A DNA stretch of 64,000 nt, from assembly GCF_902713615.1 (NCBI RefSeq), contig NC_052172.1, positions 6,677,337 to 6,741,336 on the forward strand, read 5' to 3'. Numbering within the stretch: the stretch's first letter is position 1; each line of letters starts with the position of its first letter. Position numbers and translations under genes: made by a program. The DNA is from Scyliorhinus canicula (lineage: Eukaryota). The notes under the pieces were generated by a model that was not told the DNA's origin, searched no databases, and saw only the letters and a list, made by a program, of their open reading frames with translations. Shown in pieces: positions 11,608 to 20,896 of this stretch.

Positions 11608-12927
11608 TGAATAAGATGTACTGCAGGAACTCACCAATGCTCCCGAGGCAGCACCTTGTAACTCATGACCACGACCGCCGAGATGGAGAAATGCGGCAGA
11701 TAGTTGGGTTCATCACCACCTGGAAGCTCCCCTCCAATTTCCTCATCGTGACTTGGAAATATAACATCGTTCCTTCACAATCCTGGGACTCTCCCCCTCA
11801 CTGCACTGTTGGTGTGCCTACACCTCAGGGCCTGCAGCGGTTCAAGATGGCAGTTCAGCACAACCTTCTCACTGGCTATTGGGATGTCGAAGAAATGCTG
11901 GCCTCGTCAGCAACGCTAACATCCCGTAAATAAGTAATGTGTACTTTTCTGGTCTCCTTGTCAATTAAATGTTATAATTACATCAGGAACAGTTCAGTTC
12001 AGTTGACCCACATTAATGTTTATCAGAGAAGGAAAGGTAAATCAGGTGGGGCCTTCCAGCCAATCGAGAAGAAGAAAGAAACAAACAAAACCCTGAATAT
12101 TCTCGACAAGAGTGGAGGCTGAGAGAATGTTTCCGCTTGTCGGGAGTCTAGAGATAGGAGGTACAGTTTTAAATTAGGGTCTCCCACATGAGACTGAATG
12201 AGCAGATGGTATTTTTCTTAGAAGGTCGTTTATCGGAAGTATCCTCTTCCCCAGAGAGCACTGGAGGCTGGGTCATTGAATAGGTTCAAGGGTGCGGTAG
12301 TTACATTTTGAAAATGGAACGGAATAAGGGGGTGACCTAATTGAGGCACAACATTATGAGACACCTACACAGGGTCAACAAGAAAGACTTGCTTCCCGCT
12401 AGCTCAGGGGTCAGTTACCAGGAGGCATCGGTTTAAGGTGATTGGTCGAAGGGGGCATGAGGAAAAACATTTTCATCCAGAGTGTGGCAAACATCTGGAA
12501 TTCACTGCCTAACTTGATAGTTGAGAGTGAAACGTTCAACTCATTTAATAGGAACCTGGATCTGTATCTGAAATGTTGTAACCGGCAAGGGAATGGACCA
12601 GAAACTGGACAGTGCAATTCAAATGAGCGGCAAGTTTATTTTATCCTCTTTCTTGACTGGTGCATTGCTGATGGACTGAATGGCCTCTTTTAGCACCGTC
12701 ACTTTTCAATGGTTCTATCATTTCAATGCTGGTTGGATATTTTAAAAGGATTAAAGATCAAAGCCATTCTCCAGTGTCGAGATATTTAATCGCTCACTTC
12801 TAACCTTCTTCTTGTGAAAAACAAGCTCCTTCACAAAACATAACCAACACAAACAAGCTGCAGCGCTGTTATAATAACCAGGTGCTTCCTGTTGCCTTTG
12901 GAGTTTGAACGGTTCCACTCTCTGAGT

Positions 12928-13135
12928 CACTGTGAACACACCAGATGCTCAAATACCCGCCTCAGTGACCCGCCTGCAGGCTGAAGGACTCCAGATTGGA
13001 CAGTTTGTACAACTGCAGAGTGAAAGATCATCCGCAGCTCCCACCCCGGGTAATGTCTGTGCCAGAACATGTCATCGATAGTGGTTCCCTCACCCTCACA
13101 CTGCAGTTACCCTCTGGGGAAATTTGCAGACGAGG
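12928..13135 (-). pseudogene. TRBV: TRBV pseudogene psiV1 (5'-truncated)
   Basis: MFWHRHYPGWELRMIFHS then a frameshifting internal deletion, TGA in FR3, YYC replaced by YLS. Heptamer CACAGTG intact (12928-12934), nonamer degenerate. Confidence 0.85.
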
Positions 13136-13138
13136 TGC

Positions 13139-14570
13139 TCATTTTGGAGCAGAGAATATTGAGAGGAAGTGTTGACAGTTTAGGTGCGGAGGGAACCTTT
13201 CACCCTGGGAGCGGAATTCAGAACTCGGGACAATGTCTCGGGTAATCAGATTTGTGTTTAAGACGGAGATGGCGGAATTTATTCTGTGAGAAGGTGATGA
13301 ATCTTTGGAATATTCCACCTCAGAAAACAATGGAAATTGGGATATTGAATATATTGGACATTGAGTTAGATTGGTGACCTGCAGACGAATTGAGGGAGGG
13401 TGAGGGTGGGCTTAGGTACAGTTGGTAGTGGACTTGATGGTGTTGGATGTTGAGTTAGATTGATGGACTGATAAAGGCGTCAGAGTCATTGGGGGGGGGG
13501 GGGGGGGTGAGGCTGAAAAGCGGTTTCACGGCCACTGTTCAATCAGCCACAACCTTATTCAATGGCACAGCAGATTAGAGGGGCCGAATGATCTCTTCCT
13601 CCTCCTGCTCTTTTTCTGACATGTTAATGGATAAACCCTCCCGTGTCAGTAACGAGTTTATAGTTTCCCTGAACAGGTGAGATTCTGTCCAATTGAAAAG
13701 TTTGTGCTGTGACCTATTATTACAATCCCAGTAGAGACCGATTCGTGAAATAGAGACCGGAATTTCCCAATGACGGACGGACTGTGTCACATCACAAGAA
13801 TTCACATTTAAAGGCACTGTCTGTAACAAACAACTAAAATCAAGAGAGTAAACATTAATAGGTAACTAATATACCAAAATCTTAGCTAAATTCTACACAT
13901 ACTGGGAATCGGAAAAATAACAAGACTGAGGCAACAAAAGGCTGTTTCTCATTAACCAAATAATTGAAACTCTGACATTCTGTTGTACTTCAAACTAAAA
14001 TATATAAATGAGGAAGAATTGGGTGGTGGTTCCGGTGCCGGCCCCCAATTCAAGCGGACGGAAACTTCAAGTTGGAGCCGGGCTGTTCAGTGTTGATGTC
14101 GCCAGATATTTATTAACACAAACTGGAAACGAGGAACTTGTTTTGTCTGGAGTGAACGGGAACTTTAACACAATCTGTCATTGAGTTTTCCTGAACCAGG
14201 ACATGGAGATTTAGGGAGAAAGGCGGGATGATAGGGCTCAGAAACAGAGCGGCCATGATCTCAGTCAATGATTGAACATTCCCAAAGTGCTGAACCGGCT
14301 CCTGCGCCGAGTAGAAGGGTTGAATGGCCTCCTACTCCTCCTGCGAAATAACTTCAGGGGAAGGTGAATTACCTAGTGCTTGGCAGAGGGAGGAATGGCT
14401 TCCTGCTGTTCCTGAACTGAAAATTCAAGGATTCTCAATGAACGATCTGACCTCAGTTTGCGGGCTCACAGGAATCGAATGATCTCCTCCTGTCCCCGTG
14501 TCCTTGTTAATCTCTGCACCAGACACTGCTCCCTTTCATGGTCCTCGAGCTGTTACTCTGGAGAAACACA
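13139..14570. repeat. Segmental duplication block Y (paralog at ~21378-22985)
   Basis: Colinear by-eye match over ~1.4 kb, including a poly-G tract at the same position. Confidence 0.85.
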
Positions 14571-14789
14571 CGCTCTGATGCTAAAATCTAAACATTTTTA
14601 CTCTCATTCTATCCAGATGGTCAAACCCCTCAATTCTGGCTATCTCCATTGTGAGACTATCCCCTATCTCTCTATACTCAGTCACCTTTTAGAGTACCCG
14701 TATTTTGTTATTGCAATAAAAGCGTCCATTCTACAAGGACGCGATACCGCCTGGTTTTCTCGCTCACAGCTACTTGCTGCCGCCTTTGG

Positions 14790-14828
14790 GGTTTTTGTTG
14801 AATTGCTCCATCTCTCTGAGTCACTGTG
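14790..14828 (-). other. 23-bp RSS of V2
   Basis: CACAGTG-actcagagagatggagcaattca-ACAAAAACC. Confidence 0.97.
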
Positions 14829-15124
14829 CAGACTCCAGGCGCAGTAATACACGGCCGAGTGATCCACCCTCAGGCTGGAGGACTCCAGGGTGAACTCGGT
14901 GCCACTCGGTCTCTTGGCGATGAAACCGTCCACCGGTTTCTTCGAATCCACGTCACCGCTAACCGCAGAGTAAAACATCAACAGCAGCTCCTTCCCAGGG
15001 TGTTGTCTGTACCAGAACATACGAGGGTTACTGCTACCCTGGACACCGCAATGCAGTTCCACATTATTCCCGGGAAATTTAGAGACAGCGGCGGGAGTCT
15101 GGCGGACAGTCTGCGAGTTCACGT
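14829..15124 (-). CDS. TRBV: TCR beta V segment V2, V exon (open)
   Basis: QTVRQTPAAVSKFPGNNVELHC...MFWYRQHPGKELLLMFYS...YYCAWSL; AG acceptor at 15125-15126. Confidence 0.9.
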
Positions 15125-15280
15125 CTGGGGAGTAGACAGGAGAGGAGGAGGTCAGAACCGGGGTAACCTTGGAGGTGCAGAAGGAGAGATAGAAAGATAG
15201 AAAGAACACATGAATGCAGGAAAGAAAAACATTAAAGGATCGTTGTTAACAAAAAATACTGTTGGAAAGGTACCACTCAC

Positions 15281-15317
15281 ATTGAAATAAGACCAGGAGA
15301 GTCAGTAACACACACAT
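15281..15317 (-). CDS. TRBV: V2 leader exon
   Basis: MCVLLTLLVLFQ+T, consensus GTGAGT donor, phase 1. Confidence 0.9.
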
Positions 15318-16699
15318 GTTGTCCGGGCAGACTCTCGAAATGAACTACAACAAGAGCGTTGAGTCTTGTTGGAGCAGACCTGTCTTTTTAAATAATTGAG
15401 GAAACGACGAAGACAGAACGGAAGTGATCACGGCCCCGCCCCCTCTAAAAGCCCCGCCGCCCTCAGAAAATCCCACCCCATGATTGACTGATGGGAACAG
15501 GTGGCTCCAAAAGGGGCAGATACAGGTGAAGCGAGTGGGCAAAGCAATGGCAGGTGCAGTTTCATGTGGGGAATTCTGAGTTGTTCTGGGGAAGAGAGAG
15601 AGGAATACTTTCTAACTGGTGACTAGTGTGGAAGTCTGGAAATGCAAACATGTCCCGCTACGCAATTCATTAAAAGGAGACAATCATGAACAGGGAGAAG
15701 CCATATGGTCGAGGTATCTCTAACCTTTATTTCTTGGGACATGGAATGGAAAACAGAGGGAGTTCTTCACCTTCGAGAACCCTGGAAAGTTTGTCTGTCG
15801 AGCCATTCTTTCAGTTCCGGGCAGATAATGCAGAAAGAATGAATAAATCCTGGAGAGAGTTCAATGCAGATTCAACAGAATTACACCTGGCATTAAAGTG
15901 TGTTCCATCTACAAGTTGTACTGCAGAAACACACCAAGGCTCCCGAGGCAGCACCTCGTAACTCATGACTGCCGAGAAGGAGAAATGTGGCTGATAGTTG
16001 TGATCATCATCAACTGGAAGCTCCCCTCCAAGTTACACATCATCGTGACTTGGAAATATTACATCGTTCCTTCACAGTCGCTGGGTCAATTTCCTGCAAC
16101 TCCCTCCCTAGCCACACTGTTCACGTGTCTACACCTCAGGGACTTCAACAGTTCAAGAAGGCAGCTCACCACCACCTTCTCACTGGCTACTGGGGATGGT
16201 CAATAAATGTTGGCCTAGTCAACAACGCTCACGTCCCGTAAATAAATTAAAATATTAAGGTTGAGGACAGGCTGTGTAATCCTGTCTGCGTGACCTTCAG
16301 TCGAATATATTCCTGGGTTAACTGATTGGATGTGCGTTCAAGGATTTGAAGAGTTGCCAGTGGAAACAGAAATAATGTCCTCTGGTCAGTGAAAAGAGGG
16401 AAAACCGCAGTTTGGGAATATCTTTCAGTTGTGACGCAGCAAATATTTTGGGGGGCAAAGTGTATCGGAAATCTGGGATCATCTCCGGACAAAATGCCGT
16501 GGATACTGGGCGAGGGATGGGTGGGTGTTACATTTCAAAGCTGAGATTTATAGAATTTTATTGTGTCAGTGTGCTGAGAAATCAGGGTGGATGGAGGGGT
16601 GATCCATATCAGCTGTGCTCTATGATTGGTTGATCAAGTTGCAAGGACTGAATGGTCCCTTCCTGTTCCTGTATTCCAATCAAACCATCCCCCGGGCAC

Positions 16700-16738
16700 T
16701 GACGTCATTAATGGTCCTGGCGCGCCCTCTGCTGTCCA
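16700..16738 (-). promoter_or_regulatory. CRE palindrome plus CTCF-like motif
   Basis: TGACGTCA at 16700-16707; cgcgccctctgctgtcca (reverse complement TGGACAGCAGAGGGCGCG) at ~16721-16738. Confidence 0.55.
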
Positions 16739-17119
16739 GATGAACAAATAAACATTATTTTCGTCATCGAAGGAATGACCAATCATTTACTAACACTGTC
16801 TCTCACTTTGTTCATTTCCCCCCTTCCCTATCCTTCCTTCTCTTTATCTATAGTTATTTCCTTCCCTTCATTTGTGCCTTTCACTTTAAATTGTGCCAAC
16901 CTCACTCACCATGAAACCCAGTGGCCAATGCGCATGAAGTTTCGGCACCACTTCATCCAATGGCCGGGTGAATCCTGCCCTCTTGATGGAGATTTCCGTT
17001 TATTTCTCTCTCACGTGTTTGTCTATCTTCTCCTTCAATGTATCTTCTTGCTCCATCAGAAAGCAAACATCCCTGATATCAAAAACCTGTCAGTTCTGGT
17101 AACCGCCTCCTTTAGGAAA

Positions 17120-17285
17120 GAGCTGGTTTAGCTCAATGGGCTAGATAGCTGGTTTGTGACGCAGGATTAGGCCAGAAGCGCAGGTTGAATTCCCGTACCA
17201 GCTTACCCAAACAGACGCCGGAATGTGGCGACAAGGGGGCTTTTCGCAGTTACTTCACATTCCTGACAATAAAAGATTATTATTC
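17120..17285 (+). mobile_element. Second tRNA-derived SINE family (copies also at ~21565-21740, 34560-34800, 45660-45750)
   Basis: ggtttagctca...gctggttt head, cggaatgtggcgac...ggggcttttc...cagt core, A/T-rich tail. Confidence 0.7.
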
Positions 17286-18093
17286 ATTTTCTTTTTCACT
17301 TGCTCTGTCACATTTTTGGGTCTTGTTTGTAGATGAACGTGTGAAGGATTCCCGTTCACTCCAACATACAGTTTCTCGCCAGGAAAGCTGGAGACAGGAG
17401 CCGGGGTCAGACAGTGAGTCTGCGGGTTCCTGTCTGGACAGTGACGGGGGGAGAGGAACATCAGTAATGGGGACTTGCAAGGCAACGGGGGAAGGAAGAT
17501 AAAAAGAGTGAAGTGATGCTAAACTCCAGTGCCATCGCCCCTTCCCTGATCCAGGTTCAATCAAGACCAAAGTTACACATAACGAGGCGGAGTTGGCCCC
17601 TTTCTAATTATTGGAGTAAATATGAGAAGGAGGGAGGGTGCGAAGCTCCTCTTTCTGCAAATGAATCCTGAAGTAATCCATATAAACCAAAAGAAAGTGT
17701 TTCAAATGCTCAGCGGGTCTGTTAGCATCTGTGGAGACAGAAACCGTTCACATATCAAGTCTATATGACTCGTATTGAGGACAGTTATATTATATTGCAC
17801 TGGAAACGTTAACGCTGTTTCACCCTCCAGAGTTTTTCCGAATTTTTCTGTTTTTATTTCCCATTTCCTGCCTCCTCTATATTTTAATTTTTATTTCTTA
17901 AACATGTACATGTTCAGAGATTCAGAGTTGAGCGACAGTCGCTTGCAAGACTTGGAACTGATGTGTTGGCGCCACTTCTATTCTCACTTTCCTCCTTTGT
18001 AAAACATAACCAACACAAAGAATCTGGAGCGCTGTTAGAACAACCATATGCTTCCTGTTACCTTCGGAGTTTGAACGGTTCCGCTCTCTGTGT

Positions 18094-18716
18094 CGCTGTG
18101 AACACATCAGATGCTCAAACACCCACCTCAGTGACCCGCCTGCAGGCTGAAGGACGCCAGATTGGACAGTTTGTACAACTGCAGAGTGAAAGATCATCCT
18201 CAGCTCCAACCCCGGGTAATGTCTGTACCAGAACATGTCACCGATAGTGGTTCCCCCACCCTCACACTGCAGTTACACTGTGGAAACTTGAAGACAGAGG
18301 AGGGAGACTGATTGACACTATAAGACCATAAGACCATAAGACATAGGAGCGGAAGTAAGGCCATTCGGCCCATCGAGTCCACTCCACCATTCAATCATGG
18401 TTGATTTCAACTCCATTTACCCGCTCTCTCCCCATAGCCCTTAATTCCTCGAGAAATCAAGAATTTATCAATTTATGTCTTAAAGACACTCAATGTCCCG
18501 GCCTCCACCGCCCTCTGTATAAGACACTGGCTGAGTTTATCCTGAAAATGAGATGGAGACGGGAGGGAGGGGGGGGGGGTCAGTAAACAGAGCCATTCTT
18601 CTGGAGAATCAGTGGAGGCAGAATGAATAGGAATGATAATGGATACTTGTGATAAAAATTTGCCTTAAAAATGACTCAAATTGAAATGAGATCAGGTTAC
18701 TCAGAGATAGATCCTT
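18094..18716 (-). pseudogene. TRBV: TRBV pseudogene psiV2 with dead leader and a CR1 fragment inserted in the V exon
   Basis: Leader remnant 18680-18716 (ATG>AAG, donor GT>TT), ttttcag acceptor at 18542-18543, same FR3 deletion as psiV1, heptamer CACAGCG. Confidence 0.85.
18320..18522 (-). mobile_element. Short CR1 3'-end insertion inside psiV2
   Basis: (ataagacc)n tail and CR1 3'UTR, flanked by GACACT at 18314-18319 and 18523-18528. Confidence 0.75.
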
Positions 18717-19189
18717 TAATTTAAACCTGCATTGTAAGAGTGAAATACGTCAATAGAAGAAAGCTCGGTCTTGCTGAGAACGAAATCATCTGGTTTGAAA
18801 TGATTGAGGAAAAGTAGGAATGACCAAAGGAAGTGATGCAGTTTGGACAACACACCCGTCTCAATCTCACTGAAGCTCCTGCCATCGTTGTAGGGAAGCA
18901 GATGTGGAGGGAGAGTTCCACATTCTCACCACTCTGTGACAAATGATCTTTTCTCTGAATTCTCACTTGGATTTATCAGTGACGAGCTGCTCTCTGTGCT
19001 CTCTGGTTATGAAGTTCCGCACAAGTGAACATGTTTCCCTCCAACACAGTTCACTATTTAAAAAACCTCCCTCAGGTCCGCTCATTCCCTTCTCGCTCCA
19101 ACAGAAATGAACCAATTAAAACTTTCCAAATCGTACAAAATCTGCATTCAGTTATCATTCTTGTTACACTCCATATTCACATCCACCAG

Positions 19190-20215
19190 TGGTTCAGGAA
19201 CAAAGAACAAAGAACAATACAGTACAGGAACAGACCCTTCGGCCCTCCAAGCCTGTACCAGTCATAATACCAACCTTTGCAAAACGCTCAGCACTTCCTT
19301 GTGCCATATCCCTCCATACCCATCCTCTCCATGTGCTTGTCAAGATGCCTTTTCAACGCTATTAATGCATCTGCTTCCACAACCTCCACTGGCAACACGT
19401 TGCAGGCACTCACCACCCTGTGCATAAAAAACCTGCTTCGCACATCTCCTCGAAACTTTGCCCCACGGACCATAAACCTTTGCCCCCTGGTGACTGACTC
19501 CTCCACCCTGGGAAAGAGTGCCTGCCCATCCACTCTATCCATGCCCTTCATAATCTGGTAGATCTCTATCACCCCTCAACCTCCGTCTTTCTAATGAAAA
19601 CAGTCTGAGTGTATTCAGCCTCTTCACATAGCAAACATCCTCCAGACCAGGCAACCTCCTGGTAAACCGCCTCTGCAGCCTCTCCAAAGCCTCCACATCG
19701 TTCTGGTAGTGCGGCAACCAGAATTGTGCGCAATATTCCAAGTGCGGCCTTACCACTGGAAAGGCGGAGGTTGGGGGGCGACCTGATTGAGGTCTACAAA
19801 ATTATGAGGGGCATAGACAGAGTGGATAGGGAGAGGCGTTTCCCCAGGGTAGAGGGGTCAATTACTAGGTGGCATAGGTTTAAGGTGCGAGGGACAAGGT
19901 TTAGAGTAGATGTACGTGCAAGTTTTTTACACAGAGGGTAGTGGGTGCCTGGAACTCGCTGCTGGAGGAGGTGGTGGAAGCAGGTACGGTAGTGCAATTT
20001 AAGGGGCACCTTGATAAATACATGAATAGGATGGGAATAGAGGGATACAGACCCAGGAAGTGTAGAAGATTTTAGTTTAGACGGGCAGCATGGTCAGCAC
20101 GGGCTAGGAGGGCCGAAGGGCCTGTTCCTGTGCTGTACTTTTCTTTGTTCTTTGTTCTTACCAAGGTTCTATACAACTGTAGCATGACTTGTCAGTTTTT
20201 ATCCTCGATGCCCCA
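19190..20215. mobile_element. Nested CR1 fragments: plus-strand copy (~19756-20156) inside a minus-strand copy
   Basis: RT C-terminal motifs on both strands; cttacca repeated at 19749-19755 and 20157-20163. Confidence 0.8.
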
Positions 20216-20337
20216 ATATGTAATAATTCACATTTTATTCTATTTTGTCTCTTTTTCCAATCACACGTTCAATCTACAAAAAATTAAAGTGTGAGACTGC
20301 GGTTTTCTTGCTCACAGCTGCTTCTTGCTGCCTTTGG

Positions 20338-20376
20338 GGTTTTTGTTGAACTTCTCCATCTCTCTGAGTCACTGTG
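20338..20376 (-). other. 23-bp RSS of V3
   Basis: CACAGTG-actcagagagatggagaagttca-ACAAAAACC. Confidence 0.97.
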
Positions 20377-20675
20377 AAGACTCCAGGCGCAGTAATATAC
20401 GGCCGAGTGATCCACCCGCAGGCCGGAGGACTCCAGATTGAATTCGTAGTCCTTCGCTCGCTTTGCTGTGAAACAGTTCACAGTACTTGCTGGATAGACA
20501 GTCTTTGCTGGATTGGAGTAAAAGGACAGCTGCAGCTCCATCCCCGGGTATTGTCTGTACCAGAACATGTTGATGCTGCTGCTACTTCCCTCCACACTGC
20601 AGCTCAATCTCAATCTCTCCCCGGGAAATCTGGAGACGGCGGCGGGAGTCTGGCGGATAGTCTGAGACGTCACAT
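20377..20675 (-). CDS. TRBV: TCR beta V segment V3, V exon (open, more divergent)
   Basis: QTIRQTP...LSC...MFWYRQYPGMELQLSFYS...TVNCFTAK...YYCAWSL; tctcag acceptor. Confidence 0.9.
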
Positions 20676-20859
20676 CTGAGAAAGAGACAGGGAGAGGAGA
20701 TCAGGAGATGGGACCCTCGGTGTGGTGAAGAAACAAGGAGAAAGAGACAAATACAGAGACATAGGAAGAACACAAAGGAATGTGAACAAGAGGCCAGGTG
20801 AGGAAGTGGACAGGAAAGCGAGATATTGGATAAGGATTGTTGTTGGGAAAGTTCCTTAC

Positions 20860-20896
20860 GGTGAAACATGATTAACAGAGTCAGCAGCAGATACAT
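20860..20896 (-). CDS. TRBV: V3 leader exon
   Basis: MYLLLTLLIMFH+C, donor GTAAGG, phase 1. Confidence 0.9.

Noticed and set aside
14682-15209. V2 ORF with an apparent in-frame hydrophobic N-terminus (MFFLSFYL...) as an unspliced leader
   Set aside because: The track's start codon is GTG inside the intron; a real ATG leader exon with a consensus donor exists at 15281-15317. The V1 and V3 ORF starts are also GTG.
10158-20675. Assignment as Ig VH/VL, IgNAR or NAR-TCR supporting V
   Set aside because: No octamer promoter, no adjacent D/J/C cluster, leaders present, and FR2/FR3 motifs fit TCR beta better.
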